Below, one piece after another: positions 1 to 11,426 of a stretch of 64,000 nucleotides of DNA. The stretch is taken from the NCBI GenBank assembly GCA_963514005.1, contig OY740805.1, forward strand, positions 24,428,001-24,492,000, in the 5' to 3' direction. The notes under the pieces were generated by a model. That model searched no databases and was not told the DNA's origin. It saw only the letters and a list, made by a program, of their open reading frames with translations. The translations under genes were made by a program, and so were the position numbers. The stretch is from Raja brachyura (Eukaryota). How positions within the stretch are numbered: the first letter of the stretch is position 1; every line of letters begins with the position of its first letter.

Positions 1-615
1 GCTCTTTTCAGTACTTATTGGCAAATTGTAACCTGGCCATTCAATTTTTGCAGATAACCAGTGGTTTGCATCTTGCAGTGTAGCCTCTGTATTTCTGTTC
101 ATTACGTCTTGTGCGCACATTGGTCATTGACAAATCCACACCTGACTCCTGAAGAGGGCTTCTGATCTGTTGCACAGGGTTGGGGTTTTTTTCTTTGATA
201 TAGACAAGTTTCTTCTGTCATCAGCTGTGGAGGTCTTCCTCAGCCCGCCAGTCCCTTTCCGATTAGTAAGCTCACCAGTGTTCCCTTTCTTCGTAATGAT
301 GTTCCAAACAGTTGATTTTAGTAAGTCTATGGTTTGGCTGATGTCTCTAACAGTTTTTTTTTCTTGTTTCTCACTCATAACGGCTTCTTTGCCTTTCATT
401 GGCACAACTTTGGGCCTCATGTTGATAAACAGGAATAAAAGTTTCCAAAGGTGATAGAAAAACTGGAGGAAAGACTAGATGCTGAGAACTCTCTTATGCC
501 TGCATTAAGGAGGCATTTCAACATACCTGAGCAATTACAAACTCCTATGAATCCATGCGTCCCAAACATTATGGTGCCCTGAAATGGGTGGACTATGTAT
601 AAACACAGCTGTAAT
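1..615 (-). mobile_element. Tc1/mariner transposase remnant (N-terminal HTH region)
   Basis: ORF 124..420 (KKTVRDISQTIDLLKSTVWNIITK...RKGTGGLRKTSTADDR) resembles the Tc1 paired-like HTH and GRPRK linker; degenerate. Confidence 0.75.
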
Positions 616-617
616 TT

Positions 618-815
618 CTCTGTGGCTATCAAATTGTACAACTCTTCCCCCTTCTGTCGTGGGGTAGACTGACTCTCCTCCCACCCCCAATCTTTGCACA
701 ACCCCAATTCTTTCCACTCATCACTTTCATTTCATGTATCGTGTGTTTTATGACTGTTGGCAGACCAATTTCACTCCTGGGATAAATAAAGTTCTATCGT
801 ATCTTATCATATCGT
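618..815 (+). mobile_element. Rex1/Babar-type LINE 3' tail
   Basis: Matches the 3' end of the Rex1-like fragment at 16890-17505; AATAAA followed by a (TATCG)n-like tail. Confidence 0.6.
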
Positions 816-947
816 AGAGGACTGAGTGCGAAGTCAGATGGGGGAAGTTTCACAAAGAAGGATTAGTTTAATTTGGGATCATGTTTGACACAGACATCAG
901 GTCTTAACATCAAGGACCTGTTCCTATGCTCTACTGTTCAATTTAGA

Positions 948-1370
948 TTTTTTAAATTTTTATTTTTTATTTAACCTTTAATTAACCAGGAGAAGTCTCA
1001 TTGAGATTAAAAATCTATTTTACAAGAGAGTCCTGGCCAAGACAGGCAGCAGCACAGTTCCCCAGTTACAGACAATAATTTAAAAACAACAGAGAACATA
1101 TAAATAGAGTCACAGTCATAACATCATCAAACAAAGCATGTACAGACAGAAGAGCCTGCTTCAACATCATTAAGAAGAGATTTAAATCTGTTTATAGAAA
1201 CCAGCTCCTTAAGTTTCAGTTCATTCTGCAGCTGGTTCCATGCGAAGGGAGCAGCATAACTAAATGCCCTTTTCCCCAGTTTAGGTACAGTTAGTAAGAA
1301 CAAGCCCTCAGAGCGGAGCTGATAAGTTCCTGTGCTTTTTCGAATTACATACTTCTGCAGGTATAACGGA
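948..1370 (-). mobile_element. LINE 3' fragment inserted only in duplicate copy A
   Basis: Absent at the paralogous site 17621-17640 (caatttaga|attatatttc); T-rich tail at its left end. Confidence 0.55.
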
Positions 1371-1474
1371 CATTATATTTCTACAAATGCATTTTCTTTT
1401 TTCCCCCCAACTTGAACAGTCTTGAGCCAGATTGCAGTCACCACCTGCTTAGAGAGACTCTGAAGTAATTTTAC

Positions 1475-1535
1475 CTGAAATTCTGTTGCTAAGAAGTTGC
1501 AGAAGGCAGAGGATAGGGCAGCCGAATGTCATCAT
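1475..1535 (-). CDS. Signal-peptide exon of IgSF receptor paralogue A (remaining exons presumably left of the window)
   Basis: 61-nt exon encoding MMTFGCPILCLLQLLSNRIS+G followed by a phase-1 GTAAAA donor; nearly identical to the leader at 45710-45770. Confidence 0.75.
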
Positions 1536-1949
1536 TGTGTGATGAGCTGGTGCTGTCAGCTTCTTCAAATAGCGGAATAGGATCACAAAGGTAGCCTGGT
1601 AACTTAATCTGAGAACTGAGAGAAGGAAAAAGAGCAATATTTCATACATAGCCCACATTATAAGTTGAGAGGAGAGGAACGCAGAGGGTCGGGCATATGT
1701 GGAAGGAGTGGAGAGATTATGTTTTGGGCGGGACTGTTTTATTGATGAGGGCAGTGTTGCTGATAATATTTACATGGGCTTCTGCAAGGCCTTCAACAAG
1801 GACCCACACACGGAATACTGGTTGAAATATAAGAGCCCATAAGATACAGCAAATACTAGTGTGGTAAAGGAGACAAAGGATAAAGGTGAAGATGCAAGGA
1901 CTACATCTCCATCTGCATCAACTGCATCTGAACAAAACCATGCTAACTA

Positions 1950-3240
1950 TCCCTAGTCCATCTAAATGCATGTACAGCCTATCCCTCAGAATACTCTCCA
2001 GAAACTTTCCAAATACAGATGTTAAGCTCACTGGCCTCTGGTTCCCAGCCATTTACCTGCAGCTCTTCCTGTATAGAGGCACAACGTTTGCCACTCTCAA
2101 GTCTTCCGGCACCTCTCCTGTATTCAATGAAGACTTGTAAATTTCAGCCCGGGCTCCCGTAATTTTCCTTCCAGCTTCCATCAGTGTCCTTGGATATATC
2201 CGATCAGGCCCTGGAGATTTGTCCATCTTCATACACGTTACGACCTTCAGCTCCTCTTTGTCTATAACACTGTCTGTTCTCAAGACATTTCCATTAAATT
2301 CCTCAAGTTCCTCAGGCCTCCTGACTTTCTCCATGGTAAAAACAGAGGAGAAATACTCATTGAGGACCTTGTCCATCTCCTGCGGTTCTACACAGAGTTG
2401 ACCACTTTGATTCCTGAGGGGTCCCACTCTCTCTCTCTGGTTACCCTTTTTCTCATTATGTATTTATTAAATCTCTAGGGATTATCCTTAATGCTATCTG
2501 CTAGAGCTACCTTGTGTCCCACTTTTGCCCTCCTGATTTCATTGTCTAGCTTGCTCCTTAGTTCCCAAAACTTCTCCAGTGATACACTTGATCCCAGCTG
2601 CTTATTAGTGGCCCATGCCTCCTTACTCTTGACCAGAACCTCAATTTACCTCGTCATCCAAAATTCCTTCCGCTCACCTGCCTTGCCCTTAACTCCAACA
2701 GGAATGTGCATGTCCTGGACTCTTGTCAGCACACTTTAAAAAATATCCTACTTTCCTGACACTCCTTTTCCTTCAAACAACCGACTCCAATCAACTTGAG
2801 CGGGTCCCTCTATCAGACCCACAAAGTGGGCCTTATCACAATTTAGCATTTAACTTGTGGGCCCTCTCTGTCCCTATCCATAACTATCTTGAACTTAATC
2901 GAACAGTGGTCACTGATCCCAAAAAGCCCATCCACGAACACTTGGTGTCATGGTGCCATGGAATGGGCTGCCACCATTGTCTATTTTATCCTTTTATCCA
3001 TTTTTTTTCCATTTTATCCTTCTGTTAATTATCGTGTTGCACAGGGAGCCAAATGCAATGGAATTTCATTTGGAATTGCATATATCGATGTATTTCTAAA
3101 TGACAATAAAGTTTGTTTGACTTGACTTGACTTCATCAACTTGCCCCTCCCAATTTCCCAAGAGTAGATCAAGTATTTCCCTCTCCTGTGTGGGGCCTTC
3201 TACATGTTGCTGGAGAAAACTATCCTAAACATTTTGACAA
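1950..3240 (-). mobile_element. Degenerate CR1-type LINE ORF2 fragment (with a Rex-type tail at about 2945-3133)
   Basis: ORF 2053..2427 contains VLNEYFSSVFT...DKSPGPDRIYPRTL...RVANVVPLY, typical of the CR1 RT region. Confidence 0.8.
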
Positions 3241-4059
3241 ATTCCACCCTGTCTAAACCTTTCACACTATAATGTTCCCTTTCAATATTGGGTAAAGTTT
3301 CCAGTCCCCCTCTGGGAAATTGGCTGGGCAATATCAATTTTGATACTTTGAGGTAATTATATTAATATAATTTAAACTGCAATGACTGAAATAAATAAAA
3401 GATGAAGAGACACAATAGAAACTGCAGATGCTTGAATGTTCCACAAAATTGAAAGTGCTGGAGTAACTCAGCAGGTCAATCTGATTCTATAGAGGAAATG
3501 GACTGTCAATATACAGGTCAGGATCCTTCTTCAGATTGAAGATATTTAAATTAGAGGTAATATTTTAATATTGAATACATATTTAGAAGCCAGTCTGCAG
3601 GAGACAAATCTTAACATTTACACCTGATGAGGAAAATAATTGGCTTAAGTCATGCCATATGACGAAGGCATCAATGGGACCAAGTATATTAAAATGAAAT
3701 TTAAAGTAAACTGAAGATGCTGGAAATGTAAAATAAAACCAAAAAATGTGGTGACACTCAGCGGGTCAGGCAGAGGAACAGAGTTCACAGTTGAAGTTAA
3801 TTACTTTTCATTCGGACTGCAAAACGAGAAAATGGGAGAAAGCAGATGCAAAGTAAAAACAGAAGATGATGGAAATATTCAGTAGATCAGACTGCGTTTG
3901 TGTGAAGAGAAACAGAGTTAAAGATGTTAGAGGGTTGATGGTACAAAGTAATATCAGCTACAGGGAGAGGCCAGGGTTGCTTCGGGATGAACTGTAGAGA
4001 TCCTACAGTGGATTATAGTCGTACACCTTGGGAATCAATCTTCAGCCCAGCTTGCCCTC

Positions 4060-4510
4060 ATGAGGATGTTGCCTGGAATAGAGGGTATGAGCTATGTGAA
4101 GAGGTTGAGCAAGCTGGGACTCTATTCCTTGGAGAGCAGGAGGAGGAGGGGTGATCTTGTAGAGGTGTAAACATCATGAGGGGAATAGATTGGGTAGATG
4201 TACAGAGTATCTTGCCCAGAGTGGGTAGGTCAAGGCCCAGAGGACATACAGTAGGTTTAAGGTGAAGGGCAAAATATTTCATAGGAATCTGAGGGGTAAC
4301 TTTTTCATGCAAAGGTGGGAGTATGCCAGAGGAGATAGTTGAGGAATGATGTATCCCGACATTTAATAAACAGTTCAGATGGGTACATGGATAGGATAGG
4401 TTTGGAGCGATATGGGCAAAATGCAGGCAGGTGGGACTAGTGTAGCTGGGCCAGTGTGGGTAAGTTACAATGAAAGACCTGTTGCCATGCTGCATCACTC
4501 GGTGATTCTA
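4060..4510 (+). mobile_element. CR1-type LINE 3' fragment
   Basis: Degenerate GDLVEVYKI...NLRGNFF coding sequence and CR1 3'UTR. Confidence 0.7.
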
Positions 4511-4699
4511 TAACTCTATGACCAAGATGTTCCATCTACTCTAGTCCTACCTGCCTGCATTTCGCCCATGTACCTCTGAAATTTTCCTATTCATGTACAA
4601 ATCCCAATGTTTTTTAAATGTTATAGTACCTCAGTTGACAAACAAATGAATATAATACGATGCAGAATGTAGGACTGTAGAACACACTCTGCTGACTGG

Positions 4700-5910
4700 G
4701 GCTAAGAACCCTATACACTCTCCATCTACTCTGTCCAAGGACCTCGACAGTCTTTTCAGTTGAGGCAGTGGTTCAATTGCTCCTCCCGCAACCTCATCTA
4801 CTGCATCCGCTGTTCCAGGTGCGGACTCCATTATATCGGCTAGACCAAGCGCAGGCTCGGCGATCGTTTCGCTGAACACCTCCGCTCAGTCCGCCAAAAC
4901 CTACCTGATCTCCTGAACACTTTAAAGACCAAGGAGATAATAATAGACTTCAGGAAGAACAAAACAGAACTGGTACCACTAATCATCAGAGGGGACTGTG
5001 TGGAGAGGGTGGCGGATTTCCGCTTCCTGGGAATCCATATTGAGGAGGACCTGACGTGGAGCGTGAACACCTCTGCGCTGCTGAAAAAGGTCCAGCAGAG
5101 ACTGCACTTCCTGAGGGTGCTCAAGAAGAATAACATCACACAGAGACTGCTGCTGTCCTTTTATCGGTGCTCCATTGAGAGCATCCTAACATACTGTGTA
5201 TGCGTGTGGTACACCAGCTGCACAGCGGCTCAGAGGAAAGCGCTCCAGAGGGCCATTGACAATGCCCAGAGGATTATCGGCTGCCCTCTCCTTACCTTGG
5301 AAGACTTACACAGTTCCCGCTGCATCAAAAAATCCCAGAATATTATAAAGGACATTTCCCACCCCGGACACTCCCTGTTTGAACTGTTGCCGTCAGGCAG
5401 ACGGTACAGATCTACAAGGACAAGGACAAACAGACTTAAAAACAGTTTTTACCCCACTGCTATAAAGGCACTAAATGTAGCCGCCAAGGAACGCGGGGAC
5501 TAAGGGACTGTGGTTGGTACACTGTGAAATCGACAGAAGGATGTGGGGTTGGGTGTTTATGCGTGCTAATTTCATATTTCATATTTATTTTTGTTATCTT
5601 TTTTAATATTTTACCTTGTATGTATCGTTAGCTTTTATGGTTTGAATGTTGCACTGACTGGTTGACATTTTCAAATTTCGTTGTACATGGTTCATGTTAC
5701 AATGACAATAAAGAAACTATTCTATTCTATCTCCCGGTTGCCAAACACTTCAACTCCCCCTCCCATTCCCACACTGACCTTTCTGTCCTGGGCCTCCTCC
5801 ATTGTCAGAGTGAGGCCCATCACAAATTGACGGAACAGCAGCTCATATTTCATTTGGACAGCTTACTATACCAGCGGTATGAACATTGACTTCTCTAACC
5901 ACAAGTAACT
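4700..5910 (+). mobile_element. Penelope-like GIY-YIG fragment split by a Rex1 insertion
   Basis: NLIYCIRCSRC..YIG.TKRRLGDRFAEH before 4915 resumes as LPVAKHFNSPSHSHTDLSVLGL at 5731. Confidence 0.8.
4916..5730 (+). mobile_element. Rex1/Babar LINE 3' fragment (RT C-terminus), specific to copy A
   Basis: ORF 5000..5503 FRFLGIHIEEDLTWSVN...QRLHFLR...SIESILTYC...RTNRLKNSFYP; (CTATT)n tail; short ATCTCC duplication at the ends. Confidence 0.85.
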
Positions 5911-7217
5911 GGTGTTTTCCCTCTCTCTCCATCCCTCTCCCTTCCCAGTTCTCAGACCAGTCTGACTGGCGTTTTATCTGTTTGCTTTGTTGTCAGCTTC
6001 TCCAAGCTAATCATTATATATTTTACATTTTCTTGTTCTGCATCTCTTTTAATGTCTCGTTTTACTCTTCAATATCTGTCTCCCCCCTCTCCCCGACCCT
6101 CAGTCTGAAGAAGGGTCTCGACCCAATACCTCACCCATTCCTTCTCTCCCGAGACGCTGCCTGTCCTGCTGAGTTACTCCTGCATTTTGTGTCTATCTTC
6201 TGAGCACAGTGGAGATGTTCAACAGCCTAAACCGGTGTTGAGGAAGAAAAGACAAATGAACAAAGGGGGAGACCACGATCACTTGAACACAGGAAAGTTT
6301 TTAATTTGGGATTTTGTTCGGTTTGGACATTCGGTGATGTTTAAGGGCTAACAGGAAAGGAGAGTATGATGACATTTTGCCAACGCCTGCTCCAAAATAG
6401 GAATTAAACAGGATCATGAAAACGGCAGCCAGATGGTTAACACAACAACATTTGTGAAACCACTGCCAGATGGGATTTAAACTCACTTTTCCTTACCATC
6501 GGGGGGAGGGGCGAAATTCAATTACGTTTTGCATTTGTTAAACGTTGAATTATTAAAGACAGACGATGAAAGCCGTTTGCAGAATTCACACGACATCAGA
6601 ACACCAAACAACAAAACTCTCTCGGCCCCGAAACGTCGCCTATCTCCTTCGCTCCTTAGATGCTGCTGCACCCGCTGAGTTTCTCCAGCTTTTTGTGTAA
6701 CCCCCAAAACTCTCCACGATATTTGTTCACCTGATTCGAGTCTTGGTCGCTGTTAAACCGTTATACCCAGTTGTCCAGCTCGCTGGCCAGGACGTCTAGT
6801 CCGTGAGATCGAGTTGGACGGGTGTCCGGCCTGTAAAAGTAAGTAATTAATGGCCAAGTATTCACAAACAAGGAATTTGCCTTGGTGCGCCGCCAAAGCA
6901 GATCGCCACTTGAAATATCCAGCCACTCGGCGACAGGGGACGGACCTTGCAGGGCCAGAGACCCGCGGGTGTGGGTGCTCTTCTGCACGGCCGGGTTCAA
7001 TCCCCACTGTGGGTGGTCTTCTGTCCGGAACATTTACACTTGGTATGAGTGTCAATTATCCCGTGTGTGCGCGCAGAGACGGCTTCAGCAAATTCCCATC
7101 GTTTCTCGCTTCCCTTCCATTTTGCACAAAACAATCCTAGTCCCACCCCTTCAAAAAAACGGCTTTTAAGTTATACTGAAGTGGGTAGGCTCCACTCATC
7201 CACAATGTAAACACGTG

Positions 7218-8555
7218 TTAAAGAAGGAACTGCAGATGCTGGAGAATCGAGGGTTACACAAAAAGCTGGAGAAACTCAGCGGGTGCAGCAGCATCTAAGG
7301 AGCGAAGGAGATAGGCGACGTTTCGGGTCGAGACCCTTCTTCAGACTGGTCCCTAGGGATCAGGGAAACGAGAGATATAGACAGTGATGTCGAGAGATAA
7401 AGAACGATGAATGAAAGATATGCCAAAAAGTATTGATGATAAAGGAAACAGGCCATTGTAAGCTGTTTGTAGTGTGAAAATGAGAAGCTAGTGCGACTTG
7501 GGGGGGGGGGGGAGATAGAGAGAGAAGGAATGCCAGGGCCCGAGGGCTGAGGGCTGAGGGAGAGGTGGGAAGGGGAGGAAGCAGCCTGGGTTAACAGAAT
7601 TGAGAAAATTCAATGTTTAAGCCCAGAGGATGCAGACTCCCCAAGCGGAATATGAGGTGCTGTTCCTCCAACTTGCGGTGTTGCTCACTCTGGCCGTGGA
7701 GGAGGCCCAGGACCGAGAGGTCGGATACGGAATGGGAGGGGGAGTTGAAGTGCTGAGCCACCGGGAGGTCGGGTTGGTTATTGCGGACCGAGCGTAGGTG
7801 TTCGGCGAAATGATCGCCCAGCCTCCGCTTGGTCTCACCGATGTAGATCAGCTGGCATCTGGAGCAACGGATGCAGTAGATGAGGTTGGAGGAGGTGCAG
7901 GTGAACCTCTGTCGGACTTGGAAGGACTGCTTGGGTCCCTGAAAGGATTGGATGGGGGATGTGAAGGGACAAGTGTAGCATCTCTTGCGGTTGCAAGGGA
8001 AAGTGCCCGGGGAAGGGGTGGAGCAGGAGGGAAGGGAAGAATTGACAAGGGAGTTGCGGAGGGAGTGGTCTTTGCGGAAGGCAGACAGGGGGGGAGATGG
8101 GAAGATGTGGCGAGTGGAGGGGTCACGTTGGAGTTGGCGAAACTGGCGGAGGACTATCTGTTGTATGCGCCGGCTGGTGGGGTGAAAGGTGAGGACCAGG
8201 GGGACTCTGCCCTTGTTGTGAGTGGGGGAATGGGGAGAGAGGGCAGTGTTGCGGGGTATGGAGGAGACCCTGGTGCGAGCCTCATCTATGGTGGGGGAGG
8301 GGAAACCCCGTTCTTTGAAGAACGAGGACATTTGTGATGACCTGGTGTGGAACACCTCATCCTGGGAGCAGATGCGGCGTAGACGGAGGAATTGGGAATA
8401 GGGGATGGAGTCCTTACAGGAAGCAGGGTGGGAGGAAGAGTAGTCCAGGTAGCTGTGGGAGTCAGTTGGTTTGTAGTGGATGTCGGTCAGGAGTGTATCA
8501 CCTGCAATAGAGATGGTGAGGTCAAGAAATGGTAGGGAAATGTCGGAAATGGTCC
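7218..8555 (-). mobile_element. Penelope-like element 3' part: RT C-terminus, GIY-YIG endonuclease and terminal repeat
   Basis: ORF 7591..8355 contains PLVLTFHP...CNRKRCYTC...FTCTSSNLIYCIRCSRCQLIYIGETKRRLGDHFAEH...HPLGLN. Confidence 0.9.
7317..7344 (-). ncRNA. Minimal type I hammerhead-ribozyme-like motif in a Penelope terminal repeat
   Basis: Minus strand reads CTGAAGA-A-GGGT(CTCG)ACCC-GAAAC-GTC: conserved core boxes, stem II and a GUC cleavage triplet. Confidence 0.65.
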
Positions 8556-8649
8556 CTAGCGACCTTTGACCTGGGCATGCGCAGTCGGAATACCGAACTC
8601 ACTTATTAATGGCAACAATTGTAACTTGAATCGAATCAACTAGGAGGTT

Positions 8650-9230
8650 CAAAAGGGAGAGTTGGGAGGTCATGTTGCAGTTGTATAAGACGCTGGCGAT
8701 GCCGCATTTAGAGTATTGTGTTCCGTTCTGGGCACCATGTTAGAGGAAAAATGTTTACAAGCTGGAAAGGGTACAGAGAACATTTATTGCGATGTTGCCA
8801 GGACTAGAGGGTGTGAGCTATAAGGGGAGGTTGTGTAGGCTGGGTCTCTATTCTTTGGAGAGCAGTAGGTTGAGGGACGATCTTATAAAGGTGTATAAAG
8901 TCATGAGAGGAATAGAGTTTCTTGCCCAGAGTAGTTGAATCGAAGACCACGGGATATGGGTTTAAGGTCAAGGGGGAAAGATTTAATAGTAATCTGAGGG
9001 GTAACTTGTTCACACAAATGGTGGCTTGTGGATAGAACAAGCTGCCAGATGAGGTAGTTGCAGCAGGGACTGTCCCAACTTTTAAGATAGTTAGACAGGT
9101 ACATGGATAGGACAGCTTTGGAGGAATATGGACCAAACACAGGCAAGTGGGACTAGTGTTGCTGGGCATATTGGCCTGTAGTTAAGTTGGGCTGAATGGT
9201 CTGTTTCTATGCTGTATCACTGTCTGACTG
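8650..9230 (+). mobile_element. CR1-type LINE 3' fragment (shared by the duplicated units)
   Basis: Degenerate HLEYCV.FWAP..LERVQR coding sequence; paralogues at 30890-31277 plus 33824-35250 and, inverted, 35327-35680. Confidence 0.7.
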
Positions 9231-10382
9231 TGGCAAAGAGAGGGAAAAAATGTTTATTTACTTGTGGGAAAAACATGAGGAAATATGGGAGCAGGAAGGG
9301 AATTTTTTTCTCTCTCAAACGGTGCACAAACAGCGTCTAAGGGAGAGCAGGAGCAGTACACAGGTCTGGGGTAATGTACAATTAATGTACACTGTGGGCT
9401 TACTTCGGCACTGAACTCATATGTAATGGTTTGAAGATTACCTTGAAGATGATAGAAAATAGCGTAAGAAATCGGACACAAAATGCTGGAGTAACTCAGG
9501 CTGCATCTCTGGAGAGAAAGAATAGGTGCAGTTTCGGGTCGAGACCCTTGTTCAAACTAATTAGTGAAAATGGAAATAAGAGGTATATGAGGATGTTGTG
9601 CAGCATGAAAGATATGCAAAAAGGTAATGATCATAAAGGGGAACAGGCCATTGTTAGCTGTTGGTTAGGTGAAAACGAGAAGTTAGTGCGACTTGGGTGG
9701 GGGAGGGATGGAGAGAGAGGGAATGCTGGGGTAACTTGAAGGTAGAGAAATCAACAATTAGGCTGCAAGTCGCCCAAGCGTAATGTCAAGTTCAAGTTCA
9801 AGTTTGCGTTTATTGTCACTTAACCGACTAAGGTACGGTGAAATTTGAGTTACCGTACAGCCACAGTAAGTGGAAGCAATGATACAAATATGAGGCGCTG
9901 TTCCTCCAATTTGCATTTAGCATTGCGCTAACAATGGAGAAGACCAAGGACAGAAAGGTCTGTGTGGGAATGGGAAGGAGAGTTAAAATGTTTAGCAACC
10001 GGGAGATCAGGTAAGTCCAGGCGGACTGAGCAAAGGTGTTGAGTGAAACGATCGCCCAGTCTACGTTTTGTTTAGCCGATGTACAAGAGTCCTCATCTTG
10101 AACAATGGACACAGTAGATAAGATAGGATGAGGTGTAAGTGAACCTCTGCCTAACCTGAATGGAAGAAAAGGTTTAAACCAGCATCTGCAGGTCCATCCT
10201 ACACAATATTTAGAATAGATCATTGTTCAGGAGGAGAATGTGACAACAAAGCAGACAGAGATAAACTTTAATCAGGACACTGTCGGAGCGGTCAGAGAAC
10301 TAGGAAGGGGGAGGGGTGGAGAGAGAGGGAAAGCAAGGGTTACAAAGTTAGAGGTCAATATTCAGTATTCAATATAACAGAG

Positions 10383-11426
10383 TAGGTATGTTACAAAACT
10401 AACCTTTAGTGGTGCTGGAGATCTGCCGCTGGCCGTGTGCGCGACTTTGGCGCCTTTAAGGGGGGGGGGCGGGGTTGAAATGCGGTTTTCCCCTTGCCAT
10501 CCGGAGCTTTCTTTTCTCGGAGTGCGATCTATTTTTGGAGATTCGTTCCGACTGCCGGTAAGTCCGTTTTTTAAAATAAATCGTCCGACTATTTAATTGC
10601 TGCAGTAAAATAAAAATTAGCTCCCAATGCCGTGAACGCCGACAACGGGGACCGATTTTACGTAGGGGACAGGTAAGTGAAAGCTGTTTTTTTTTTCATA
10701 TAAACTTGCTTTTTTAGGGGACTTTAATCAATATTTTATGTTGCGAAACGGTGATTGAGCCCCCATATGAACTGGCAGTATTTTTCCTGCTGATATGGGG
10801 TTTAAATTCACCGCAACCGCAATGTTCTAATGCAGAAATCCATAAAATCCCACCCGCAAGCTGTTTAAAATGCCCATTAATTTACAGGCATTAAACACTG
10901 AATTCCTTCAATTTGGCCTATCAATTAATGACAATTAGATTTAAAAATCATGTTTTATTCTGAATTATTGTGTGACTGTTAATTGGACACTTGGGCTTTA
11001 ATTTTTTTTAAATTTTTTCTTAAGAAATTGATAAATGTTTAGATCTAGTAATTGAATTTTGTAATTGGCTACAATTGGGTAACTAACTAATTATATGCTT
11101 TAATTTCAGGTCATCCAAGTAAGATTGTTTCATATTTTTTTCAGAATACTTCAATCTATAATAACTGAAAATTTCTTTCAGTTCTCTTAAATTTTAAGGA
11201 AGTTGTAGGCTTTTGACTGTCCTCGATCACAACTTTTGTGACAAGTCAATAGAAAAGCAATAGGAAGCAAGTTGCTAATTTCTGAGTATGAAAATGGCCC
11301 TAATTTTTTTAATACTGAAGATATGAAAGTGAATTAGGTGTCCAATTAAACTTATTTTTATGCTTTATCTGATGGGATAAATTGCAGCCTTGATTTTTTA
11401 AATCTCAAAATTTTGTAACATTGCTA
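10383..11426 (+). mobile_element. Non-autonomous DNA transposon, TAGGTATGTTACAA...TTGTAACATTGCTA termini, 7-bp TSD
   Basis: Imperfect 14-bp TIRs; flanking AACAGAG duplication; two more copies in the window. Confidence 0.8.

Noticed and set aside
8555-8610. Promoter-like motif cluster (GACCTTTGACC, GCATGCGCA) next to the Penelope insertion
   Set aside because: Very short, not retained at the equivalent position in units B and C, no associated exon identified
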